64,000 bases of DNA, from contig CAZJCQ010000003.1 in NCBI GenBank assembly GCA_964544665.1, positions 36,850-100,849 on the forward strand, read 5' to 3'. This document shows, one piece after another, positions 46,729 through 55,583 of the stretch. The DNA is from an uncultured Chryseobacterium sp. GTDB taxonomy: Bacteria > Bacteroidota > Bacteroidia > Flavobacteriales_D > Sanyastnellaceae. The notes under the pieces are model-generated. The model made no database searches and was not told the DNA's origin. It worked only from the letters and a program-made list of their open reading frames with translations. Made by a program: the position numbers and the translations under genes. Each line of letters begins with the position of its first letter. Position 1 is the first letter of the stretch.

Positions 46729-47292
46729 ATGAAATTTATCATCTTCGGTTTAGGGAATATCGGTTGGGAATACAACCTCACTCGACACAACATCGGATTC
46801 GAAGTGGTCAATGTATTGTGCGAAGAATACAAGGGAGCATGGCAAACTACTCGTTATGCAGATCGTGCGGAAATTAAAGTGAAAGGAAAAACCATTATCC
46901 TCATTAAACCATCCACTTTTATGAACCTAAGTGGAAATGCGGTGAGATATTGGATGCAAGAGGAAAAAGTGAACGTGGAAAACATATTAATCGTCACCGA
47001 TGATCTTGCCTTGCCGTTCGGAAAATTAAGAATGCGTCCAAAAGGAAGTGATGGTGGACATAACGGACTCAAGCACATTCAATTCATCCTTCAGACCGAT
47101 GTCTATCCCCGACTTCGATTTGGGGTGGGTAGTGAATTCGCCAAAGGCAAACAAGTCGACTATGTCCTAGGAAAATGGAACGAAGAAGAGATGACCTCAA
47201 TAAATACCCATCTAAAAAAGGCCATGGATGCTTGCTTACAGTTTGTTTTAATAGGCATGGAAAGGGCCATGAATTTCGTTAACACGAAATAA
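46729..47292 (+). CDS. pth: Peptidyl-tRNA hydrolase
   Basis: MKFIIFGLGNIGWEYNLTRHNIGF and GSDGGHNGLK. The ATG at 46729 is preferred over the TTG at 46723. Confidence 0.9.
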   Translation: MKFIIFGLGNIGWEYNLTRHNIGFEVVNVLCEEYKGAWQTTRYADRAEIKVKGKTIILIKPSTFMNLSGNAVRYWMQEEKVNVENILIVTDDLALPFGKLRMRPKGSDGGHNGLKHIQFILQTDVYPRLRFGVGSEFAKGKQVDYVLGKWNEEEMTSINTHLKKAMDACLQFVLIGMERAMNFVNTK

Positions 47293-49626
47293 TTAATCTA
47301 TTCTCCAAGTCAATTGTAACGAAAAATTTCGAGGTGCATCCGGCTTTGCAGGGCGGGTTGCATAAAAGGCATTCAAGCAATTTTGCACCTGTATACTCGC
47401 TCCACACTTTTCTGAAATTTGATAAAATAGTCGAGCGTCCCATATTTGAGTTCCCTTGGTCTGCGTGTCTCGATAATGGGCCAAGCCATCCACAAACCAC
47501 TCTAAAACAGGATCTATCTTTTGCATGAAGCTATAATAACGATAACCAAATCCAACACCCCATTTCCCTTTTTGAATATCTGCATTCATTTTAATCATGT
47601 GCTTAAAACGATATCGCAATAAGTAATTAGCAGAATCCATGTTTCCAAATTCAGTTACCAAATCACCCGCGTAACGAGCGACATTTCTACCACCATGATA
47701 CAAATCCAAATCGACAGGAAGCAAATAGGTGTACCCCATCAAAGCATGCATTTCCCAACCATTTATCTTTCCATTGGCATTTCCACTTAACTCCAATCCT
47801 CCAACTTGCGCATTACTCACATTGACACTTTTGTATCCAAGACCAAAAACAGGATCGGTTGGTGGGCCCCACTTCCCAAAAGTAAATTCAATTAGATCGC
47901 GATATCGAGTTAAGAAAAGCACTGCGTCCCAGGTTGCTTGAAATTGGTTCTTCTCATAAATCCCTTTATATCCGAGGTCCACATTCCATCCATGCTCTGG
48001 AGCCACATCCGGATTGGCGTATATGTTTATCTGATCAATAGAATAATTCACATATCGCTCTGCGGGAGAAGGGAAACGATAACCTTGAACGTATGAGGCT
48101 CTTAGAATATGGTGCTCATTCATCGAAAAAGTGGCTCCCAATCTTCCAACAGGAATGGCCTTAACCTTGATGGAATCGATATTAAAAGATTCCATTCGGG
48201 CGCCTCCAGAAAAATGCCATCTTCTCCATGACCAATCTCCCTGGGTAAATGCACCGATAAAATTCCCAACATGTCTTCCTGCGTAGGCATCATCACCAAA
48301 CGCAAAATAATTCGCGTTTACACCAGACACCCAATCCAATCCAAAAGAAGTGCGATGCTGAAAAGTGTAGGTCGCATGGCGCAGTTGCAATCCTGACCGA
48401 AATCCACGATTATTGGGAAAATACGACGCGTAGAGTCGAGACTTAAGTTGATGATGGTTTCCTTTTTTATCATGATAAGAGAGCCAAGGATCAACATTCA
48501 TCCATAAGTCGTTGTAATTTACTACAACGCCATCTCCATTCGGAACAAAGGCCCCTGAGCTATCATTTGCCCAGAAAAGAGCGGAGCTCTGATTTTGTCT
48601 CATCACTTGAGCATTCACTCCCACTCGCCACCTTGGGTGATTGGGAATTAAATAAATGGTCTTCAAGGTCCATCGCATTCTATTCTCCTTTTCACGCTTA
48701 ATCCAGCCACGTGATTGATGCAGGCTACCTCCTAAAATCCATAATACCCTTCCAGTTCGTTGTCCATAACGAAATAAGTAACCCGTTTGAAAAGGGAAAT
48801 CCTTCTGAGTTGGAAAAAGCATTCCTCCTTGTCTTGGGCTCGGTTGATCAGATTGATTCCACCACTGAGCACCTTCGACATTGGGCTTGGAATAGCTGGT
48901 TTGATAAGTCTGAAACAAAAGATGTGGTTTTTCTCGGGGTGTCATCGTTCGCACATGGACCACTCCATTCAATGCAGATGAACCAAATTGGACGGACGAG
49001 GCTCCCTTTACTACCTCCATTTTATCAATCATTTCCGTAGGGACATAATTCCATTTGATATCATTCCGATCCGCTGTCAATAATGGCATATCATCAATCA
49101 CCAACATAACGCGAGAACCGGCACCATAAGAATATCCACTACCTCCTCTAAAGCTGGCTTGACCGTCAATAATGGTTACGCCCGGAACCCTTTCCAAAAT
49201 AGCGGCTGCATCAACATTGCGCTTTCGAATAATATCGCGACCATCAATACTCTCTATGGATTGAGTATTCTCTTGTAATGGTCTTCCATAAAGGGCCGCG
49301 CTAATGGTAAGCGTCGATGATTCTAAATCCCTTGGTCTCATTTGTATTGTTAAGTCATTCTTGGCATCCCACTGAAACAATGTATCCAAGAAGCCTAACA
49401 TTTTAAGACGATAATTATCCTTCTCATTTCCTACAGACTCCTTTATCCAAATACCTTCTACATTCGTAATACCTACCGCCTTTTCATTGCAGTAAACCAA
49501 AGCACCTGGTAAAGCACTCAACCGCTCTTGATCTTTAACCATTAACTTCACTTTTCCTTGACCACACGCCAAATGTTGGGTAAAAATCACAGCAATCAAC
49601 ACCCCGAAAATCCCACACTTATTCAT
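47293..49626 (-). CDS. TonB-dependent receptor, paralogue of 36273-38702
   Basis: Same architecture and shared motifs: FRGGSGYSYGAGSRVMLVIDDMPLL, VEVVKGASSVQFGSSALNGVV, ASYVQGYRFPSPAERYV and LIEFTFGKWGP. Confidence 0.8.
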   Translation of the reverse strand: MNKCGIFGVLIAVIFTQHLACGQGKVKLMVKDQERLSALPGALVYCNEKAVGITNVEGIWIKESVGNEKDNYRLKMLGFLDTLFQWDAKNDLTIQMRPRDLESSTLTISAALYGRPLQENTQSIESIDGRDIIRKRNVDAAAILERVPGVTIIDGQASFRGGSGYSYGAGSRVMLVIDDMPLLTADRNDIKWNYVPTEMIDKMEVVKGASSVQFGSSALNGVVHVRTMTPREKPHLLFQTYQTSYSKPNVEGAQWWNQSDQPSPRQGGMLFPTQKDFPFQTGYLFRYGQRTGRVLWILGGSLHQSRGWIKREKENRMRWTLKTIYLIPNHPRWRVGVNAQVMRQNQSSALFWANDSSGAFVPNGDGVVVNYNDLWMNVDPWLSYHDKKGNHHQLKSRLYASYFPNNRGFRSGLQLRHATYTFQHRTSFGLDWVSGVNANYFAFGDDAYAGRHVGNFIGAFTQGDWSWRRWHFSGGARMESFNIDSIKVKAIPVGRLGATFSMNEHHILRASYVQGYRFPSPAERYVNYSIDQINIYANPDVAPEHGWNVDLGYKGIYEKNQFQATWDAVLFLTRYRDLIEFTFGKWGPPTDPVFGLGYKSVNVSNAQVGGLELSGNANGKINGWEMHALMGYTYLLPVDLDLYHGGRNVARYAGDLVTEFGNMDSANYLLRYRFKHMIKMNADIQKGKWGVGFGYRYYSFMQKIDPVLEWFVDGLAHYRDTQTKGTQIWDARLFYQISEKCGASIQVQNCLNAFYATRPAKPDAPRNFSLQLTWRID

Positions 49627-49648
49627 CGAGGGGCAAGATAATCAAAAA

Positions 49649-52648
49649 TCACTTTTTTAACCGTGATTTTTCTCCCGCCCTTAACTCGCTATATCTCGGA
49701 TCATCCAGATAAGGAACCTTTCTCATCTCCTCCACTTCAATGCTCCACGCCCCAAACTCCTCCATAACCACTCCACTGATCCAATAGATTCCTTGACCAC
49801 GCCAATCCATATTTTTTCGATTCGTCAAAGGAAAATGCGCCGTATCAATAAATCCACCCTCCCGATCGATGAAATTTCCAAAATACATGCGTTCTCCCTT
49901 GCTCGTGCGGGTGGGCTTACAGGTGATAAAATAAACATGTCCATTCACCCGCTTACCTAAATGTTGAGACAACGTGGTTGCAGATAAATTCGGAGTATTT
50001 CCTTGGTCTATTAATTCGAACGGTGAACAAAGCGGAAAACCTAACATTTCCATTTCATCATAAGCATCCTCCAAACGGTGATGTTGGAAGGAAGGTAGTT
50101 GAAAATGCTTTTTCTCTACACCAAATAAAGTGGCTTGGGCACTTTCGCGATGTTGCATAAAATGGAGTTGGGCTTTCCATAGTAGGTCTTTTTTGGTGGC
50201 ATCTAAAAATCTAAATGCTCCTACTCGTATCAGGATAATTACCTGCTCCAATCCAATGTGAACCCGATCGATAAAATCATCCCAACCAATAAAATCACCC
50301 TGTAACCTTCTTGCCTGCAAAATTCTTTCTATAACAGGATGCTCTAAATCCCGAATCATACCCATACCTAGATAGATGGTTTTACCGCGAATAAGGGACT
50401 CCGCACTGCTATTATTGATACAAGGCGCCTCTATCTGAGCACCTTTCCTTCTCGCTTCCTGCACATAAAATTCCACAGAATAAAATCCGCCCCCATTATT
50501 CAACGTAGCCACCATATATTCCAAAGGAAAATATGCTTTCAGAAATAAACTCTGCAAACTTTCTACCGCATAAGAGGCGGAATGACCTTTGGCAAACGCA
50601 TATCCCGCGAAACTCTCAATTTGCCTCCAAATTTCTAGCACATCCTGAAGCTGATTTCCCTTCGCAAGTGCATTTTGTACAAATGTATCGCGTGCTTTTT
50701 CGAACTCCTCTCTCCCTCTGAATTTACCGCTCATTCCTCGCCTCAGTGCATCCGCTTCAGCTAAACTTAATCCACCAAAAAAATGAGCCACCTTTATGAC
50801 ATCTTCTTGGTATACCATGACTCCATAGGTTTCAGGCATTATTTCTAATAATACTGGATGAGCATTATTCCGCTTCTCAGGAAAACGCTGACGTAAAATA
50901 AACTCCCGCATCATTCCACTTTTGGATACGCCAGGACGAATTACTGAACTCGCCGCTACCAATCCCAGATAATCATCCACTTGAAGTTTAGTGAGTAACA
51001 TCCTCATCGCAGGTGACTCAACATAAAAGCAACCAATGGCATCTGCTGTTTGAATGAGTCTTTTTACCAGAGGATCCTTTTTAAAACGCCCGATATCATG
51101 AATATCAAAATCAGCCTTTTCCGGTTGATTATAAGCGATGATTTGGAGGCACTCTTTGATCTTCCCTAAACCTCGCTGCGATAAAATATCGAACTTAAAA
51201 ATACCCACATCTTCGGCAACCACCATATCAAATTGCGTCGTTGGAAATCCCTTAGGAGGCAGGAAGGTCGCGGTGTAATGATAAATGGGAAGTTGAGTTA
51301 TTAATATGCCTGCTGCATGAATAGCCAGTGCATTGGGAAAATCCTGAATCAAGCTGGCATAGCGCAATGTCAGCATCTGCAACTCATCCAAATGCTCCGA
51401 CTTCATTTTACCATCTGATAATAAATCAATATCCTCTTTGGGCAAACCAAAGACTTTACCCAACTCACGAACTGCCGCACGATACTGAAAAGTATTGTAT
51501 GCGCCCAGCAGGGTTACATTCGGAAATCGAGAAAAAATATAACGGGTAATATCCTCTCGATCCGTCCAAGAAAAATCAATATCAAAGTCAGGAGGATTCT
51601 GCCGATATAGATTAATAAATCGCTCAAAATACAAATCCAACTCAATTGGATCGACATCGGTTATTCGCAACAAATAAGCCACAATGCTATTGGCCCCACT
51701 GCCTCTTCCTACGTAAAAATAGCCCTTGTTTCGAGCGTATGAAGTAATATCCCAATTGATCAAAAAATAAGCAACAAACGACTTTTCTTGAATTAATTCC
51801 AACTCTTTGTTCAGTCGCGAAACAATGATAGAATTTCCCTCTGCATCTGGTTCATTGGGGTATCGATAAGCCATGCCCTCCCAACACAAATCCCTCAACA
51901 ATTGAAAATCTTCTTCCAATGAATGACCATATACGACTTGATTTTTCATCGTTGAAAATTCAGGAAATCGATAGGCCTGATAGATATTAAAGAAAAGAGA
52001 AGTTGTATTTTCTAACAATTTCGGATATTCCTCATAACGAGTAACGACTTCGGCATACTCCATCCATTTATGATCCGGCGATGCCTGTTCTAAAATTGAC
52101 AACTTACTCAATAGGGTATTATTCTCCATCGCGCGTAATAAACGATGGATATTAAAATCTCGCTGATGTCGAAAAGTAAATACAGGAAGAGCCAGCGTTC
52201 GTGAATATGATTGCCACCTAGAAATTCTCCACTTATTCAAGTCTTCTGGCTTGATGCCTAACCATTCGTTTTCCCGCATCACTTCTAATGGCCAATCTCT
52301 TACTCCTTCGATAAAATAAATAACCGTAACATGGCTCCAAATTGGAGCCCTTTCTGGGAAAGGAATTCCCCTATGAAGGTGATAACTCAACCACTCGTTC
52401 ATTTCTGCCATTCCCTCTTCGTTGTGAGGGATCCCAATAAAAACCGTCTGAATACCATTCTTAAAATCTACTCCTGTCAACAATGGATAAGCTTCTTTTT
52501 TTGACCATCTTCTTATATCCCATACGGCAGATGTACTATTAATATCGGCCACCAGTCCAATTGGAAAATGATTGGATTGAAAAGTCTGCGCAATTTCTAA
52601 TGGGGCGACCACGCCATAGCGTAATGAGAAATAACTATGTGCCAGCAT
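49649..52648 (-). CDS. DNA polymerase III alpha-subunit family protein, short (999 aa) DnaE2-like form
   Basis: Degenerate PHP N-terminus MLAHSYFSLRYG. Palm GRGSGANSIVAYLLRITDVDP...PDFDIDF. KFDILSQRGLGKI. Internal QATLFGV. C-terminal OB fold. The length and degenerate PHP domain suggest the error-prone class, which is an inference. Confidence 0.8.
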   Translation of the reverse strand: MLAHSYFSLRYGVVAPLEIAQTFQSNHFPIGLVADINSTSAVWDIRRWSKKEAYPLLTGVDFKNGIQTVFIGIPHNEEGMAEMNEWLSYHLHRGIPFPERAPIWSHVTVIYFIEGVRDWPLEVMRENEWLGIKPEDLNKWRISRWQSYSRTLALPVFTFRHQRDFNIHRLLRAMENNTLLSKLSILEQASPDHKWMEYAEVVTRYEEYPKLLENTTSLFFNIYQAYRFPEFSTMKNQVVYGHSLEEDFQLLRDLCWEGMAYRYPNEPDAEGNSIIVSRLNKELELIQEKSFVAYFLINWDITSYARNKGYFYVGRGSGANSIVAYLLRITDVDPIELDLYFERFINLYRQNPPDFDIDFSWTDREDITRYIFSRFPNVTLLGAYNTFQYRAAVRELGKVFGLPKEDIDLLSDGKMKSEHLDELQMLTLRYASLIQDFPNALAIHAAGILITQLPIYHYTATFLPPKGFPTTQFDMVVAEDVGIFKFDILSQRGLGKIKECLQIIAYNQPEKADFDIHDIGRFKKDPLVKRLIQTADAIGCFYVESPAMRMLLTKLQVDDYLGLVAASSVIRPGVSKSGMMREFILRQRFPEKRNNAHPVLLEIMPETYGVMVYQEDVIKVAHFFGGLSLAEADALRRGMSGKFRGREEFEKARDTFVQNALAKGNQLQDVLEIWRQIESFAGYAFAKGHSASYAVESLQSLFLKAYFPLEYMVATLNNGGGFYSVEFYVQEARRKGAQIEAPCINNSSAESLIRGKTIYLGMGMIRDLEHPVIERILQARRLQGDFIGWDDFIDRVHIGLEQVIILIRVGAFRFLDATKKDLLWKAQLHFMQHRESAQATLFGVEKKHFQLPSFQHHRLEDAYDEMEMLGFPLCSPFELIDQGNTPNLSATTLSQHLGKRVNGHVYFITCKPTRTSKGERMYFGNFIDREGGFIDTAHFPLTNRKNMDWRGQGIYWISGVVMEEFGAWSIEVEEMRKVPYLDDPRYSELRAGEKSRLKK

Positions 52649-52657
52649 AACGACCTA

Positions 52658-53470
52658 TTAAAATAAAGTCATTTGATCGTCTCTCCTCTTTCGAGCTCTT
52701 GATTCACCCATCCCGAACATCTCAATGTCTTGATAAAATTCGTAGTCAAATTCTTTGAATAACGGCTCCCCTAAGGGACGTAAAACTTCTTTTCCATTCT
52801 GTGCCGGAGATTTTATAGCAACATCGATGGGGTAGGCATTCAACCATTCATCCTTCGGCACATGCATACAACTCGTAACATCGCTCAGTGTGGCGGAATC
52901 ATCAATCCAAATCTGTGCTGTTTCTTTATCTAACACCAAAGGACAGCGATGATGACCGATCCTATGCATCACCTCATTACCCGCAGTCGTTACAATGGCA
53001 AAAGAATATACTTGCTCATCCCCTCGCTGAAATACATCCCAGACTCCCGCCAATATCATCGGGCCATCCCCTTTTCTCGGATAGACACAAAATGGTTGGC
53101 TCAATCCGAGCTTTTCTGGTCCTTCAATAAAACCATCTGCAATCACCCAACATCGCTGTGATCGAATGGACTTACGAAAACTTGGCTTATCAATAATTCC
53201 CTTCGCCCCATGGTAATATCGATCATTACCTGCGTTATGATCCCCTTCACTTCTTGCGTTAATGAACATTTTGCCATCCTTCGACCAATAAGGCGTAAAG
53301 CCGAAACGCATCAGTTGAATTTCCTTGGGCCGTTGCTGCGTAACCACCAATCCCATTTGACCTGGCGCTAAATTAGCGGTGGGTGCAAACGTAAAACCCA
53401 TCGGCGATGTCAATCCCCATTTCTTTTCAATTTCCTTGATTTTGGTTACTACAATGTATCGACCGCACAT
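52658..53470 (-). CDS. SOS response-associated peptidase (SRAP / YedK-like abasic-site processing protein)
   Basis: N-terminal MCGRY (catalytic Cys2), conserved HHRCPLVL His motif, and a C-terminal extension of about 50 aa ending RARKRRDDQMTLF. Confidence 0.85.
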   Translation of the reverse strand: MCGRYIVVTKIKEIEKKWGLTSPMGFTFAPTANLAPGQMGLVVTQQRPKEIQLMRFGFTPYWSKDGKMFINARSEGDHNAGNDRYYHGAKGIIDKPSFRKSIRSQRCWVIADGFIEGPEKLGLSQPFCVYPRKGDGPMILAGVWDVFQRGDEQVYSFAIVTTAGNEVMHRIGHHRCPLVLDKETAQIWIDDSATLSDVTSCMHVPKDEWLNAYPIDVAIKSPAQNGKEVLRPLGEPLFKEFDYEFYQDIEMFGMGESRARKRRDDQMTLF

Positions 53471-53492
53471 ATTGCAAATTACTCATATTGTC

Positions 53493-53509
53493 TTGTACTG
53501 AATTTACAA
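53493..53509. promoter_or_regulatory. Perfect inverted repeat TTGTA-N7-TACAA, a candidate operator upstream of the SRAP/polymerase operon
   Basis: ttgtaCTGAATTtacaa lies 23-39 nt upstream of the SRAP ATG (53470), inside the 150-bp divergent intergenic region. Confidence 0.3.
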
Positions 53510-53596
53510 TACACCCATTAATTTATTAACCAAGGATTCCCTTGCAAAAAAGCCCGCATTAAAGCTATTTAACCATTATTTTGAGACAAATCAATG

Positions 53597-53604
53597 TACC
53601 TTTG
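53597..53604 (+). promoter_or_regulatory. -7 promoter box TACCTTTG upstream of hldD
   Basis: Lies 16 nt upstream of the ATG at 53621. The ORF-track start at 53594 lies upstream of the box, which favours 53621. Confidence 0.4.
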
Positions 53605-53620
53605 TGAAAATTTTGATGAG

Positions 53621-54589
53621 ATGATCATTGTAACAGGTGCAGCGGGTTTCATCGCCTCTGCATTAGTAGCGAAATTAAATGAACTCAGGTACTTCGATCT
53701 GGTTCTTGTCGACGATTTTTCTCGTTCCGATCGTCAGGTCAATTACATTGAGAAAAAATTTAGACTCCTCCTAGACAGAAAAGAATTATTCTCCTTTATC
53801 GAAAAAAATGAAAATCAAATTGATTTCATTTTTCATTTGGGGGCCCGCACAGACACTACTGAATTCGATAAGCGTATTTTCGACGAGCTCAATCTTTCTT
53901 ATTCGCAACGAGTTTGGGAATTGTGCACGCGATATGCCATTCCGATTGTATACGCTTCCTCTGCCGCAACCTATGGAGATGGGGAATTCGGTTATGAAGA
54001 TGATCATCAAATCATTCCAAAATTAAAACCCCTTAATCCCTACGGTGATTCCAAAAACGATTTTGATAAGTGGGTGCTTACACAAACCCAGGGGCCTTTC
54101 TTTTGGGCAGGATTGAAATTTTTTAACGTGTATGGTCCAAATGAGTATCACAAAGGACGCATGGCCTCTGTCGTTTGGCATGCTTTCAATCAAATTCAAG
54201 CCAACGGTGAAATGAATTTATTTCGCTCGCATCATCCAGACTACACCGATGGTGGTCAAATGAGAGATTTCATTTACGTAAAAGACGTAGCCAATGTTTG
54301 TATTTGGTTGATGGAAAATAGAAAACAATCCGGTATTTTCAACCTAGGAAGTGGAAGGGCTCGAACTTTTTTAGATCTGGTACGCAGTACTTTCCAAAAC
54401 ATGGGATTGCCAGAAAAAATCTCTTTTATTGACACCCCAGCAGACATTCGGGATAAATACCAATATTTTACCGAAGCCAATATGAGTAAATTGATGCAAG
54501 CTGGCTACACAACGCCCTTTCACAGTTTAGAAGAAGGCATCCAAAATTATGTACAACAATATTTATTAATGAATAAAAAAATATACTAG
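53621..54589 (+). CDS. hldD: ADP-L-glycero-D-manno-heptose 6-epimerase
   Basis: MIIVTGAAGFIAS Rossmann N-terminus. YGDSK. FFNVYGPNEYHKGRMASVVWH, characteristic of HldD/RfaD. Confidence 0.8.
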   Translation: MIIVTGAAGFIASALVAKLNELRYFDLVLVDDFSRSDRQVNYIEKKFRLLLDRKELFSFIEKNENQIDFIFHLGARTDTTEFDKRIFDELNLSYSQRVWELCTRYAIPIVYASSAATYGDGEFGYEDDHQIIPKLKPLNPYGDSKNDFDKWVLTQTQGPFFWAGLKFFNVYGPNEYHKGRMASVVWHAFNQIQANGEMNLFRSHHPDYTDGGQMRDFIYVKDVANVCIWLMENRKQSGIFNLGSGRARTFLDLVRSTFQNMGLPEKISFIDTPADIRDKYQYFTEANMSKLMQAGYTTPFHSLEEGIQNYVQQYLLMNKKIY

Positions 54590-54591
54590 AC

Positions 54592-55017
54592 ATGTCAAAA
54601 ATAGTTTACGTCACAAGAAAAGAGCGATTCAATGCAGCCCATAAATTGTGGCATGAGGAATGGAGCGAACAAAAAAACTTTGACACCTTTGGAAAATGTT
54701 CTAATCCCAATTGGCATGGTCACAACTACGACTTATTCGTTACGGTTAAAGGTGAACCCTCTCCCATCACAGGTTTTTGCATGGATTTAAAAGATTTAAG
54801 CCGAATTATCAATTCGAAAGTGATCGACAAACTCGATCATAAAAATCTCAATCTCGATGTCGATTTTTTAGAAGGAATAAAATCTTCGACTGAAAATGTC
54901 GCGATTGCCATTTGGGAAGAAATAGAGCACGAAATCAACCAAACAGGTTGTCAACTGCATTGCATCAAATTGTACGAGACAGAGAATAATTTTGTAGAAT
55001 ACTATGGCGGAAAATAA
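54592..55017 (+). CDS. queD: 6-carboxy-5,6,7,8-tetrahydropterin synthase / 6-pyruvoyl-tetrahydropterin synthase family
   Basis: [18 protein letters not shown] and LDHKNLN motifs. Confidence 0.8.
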   Translation: MSKIVYVTRKERFNAAHKLWHEEWSEQKNFDTFGKCSNPNWHGHNYDLFVTVKGEPSPITGFCMDLKDLSRIINSKVIDKLDHKNLNLDVDFLEGIKSSTENVAIAIWEEIEHEINQTGCQLHCIKLYETENNFVEYYGGK

Positions 55018-55573
55018 TTCCATAGAAACAGCGGTTAAAAATATTCTCTCCTCCATCGGTGAAAATCCAGAAAGAGAAGGATTATTAAAAACACCTGAAC
55101 GCGTATCCAAAGCATACGAATACCTTACGCAGGGTTACCAGCAAAATGCTTCGGAGGTGCTAAAGTCCGCTATGTTTGCTGAATCCTACCAGGAAATGGT
55201 ATTGGTAAAAGACATCGAAGTTTATAGCTTGTGTGAGCATCACTTATTGCCCTTTTTCGGGAAAGCACACATTGCCTATATCCCCGACGGAACAATCGTA
55301 GGGTTGAGTAAACTACCTCGGGTGGTGGATGTATTCGCACGAAGATTACAAGTCCAAGAGCGCCTCACCATTGAAATCAGAGACTGCATAGAGCAAACTT
55401 TACAACCTCTTGGTGTGGCCGTGGTATTAGAATGTCAACATTTGTGCATGCAAATGCGTGGAGTAAGCAAACAAAATTCAATGACCACAACCTCTGCTTT
55501 TAGTGGGGAATTTTTAAATAATGATAAAACTCGAAAAGAATTTATACATTTGATAGGAAATAAATTAAAATAA
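55004..55573 (+). CDS. folE: GTP cyclohydrolase I
   Basis: [31 protein letters not shown] and [13 protein letters not shown]. Confidence 0.9.
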   Translation: MAENNSIETAVKNILSSIGENPEREGLLKTPERVSKAYEYLTQGYQQNASEVLKSAMFAESYQEMVLVKDIEVYSLCEHHLLPFFGKAHIAYIPDGTIVGLSKLPRVVDVFARRLQVQERLTIEIRDCIEQTLQPLGVAVVLECQHLCMQMRGVSKQNSMTTTSAFSGEFLNNDKTRKEFIHLIGNKLK

Positions 55574-55583
55574 AAAACAGCAT

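Noticed and set aside
53471-53482. TAATTTG immediately upstream of the SRAP ATG as a consensus -7 box.
   Set aside because: It has only one spacer base (TAnTTTG) and so is one nucleotide short of TAnnTTTG. I kept it as a weak candidate inside the palindrome finding and did not list it as a feature.
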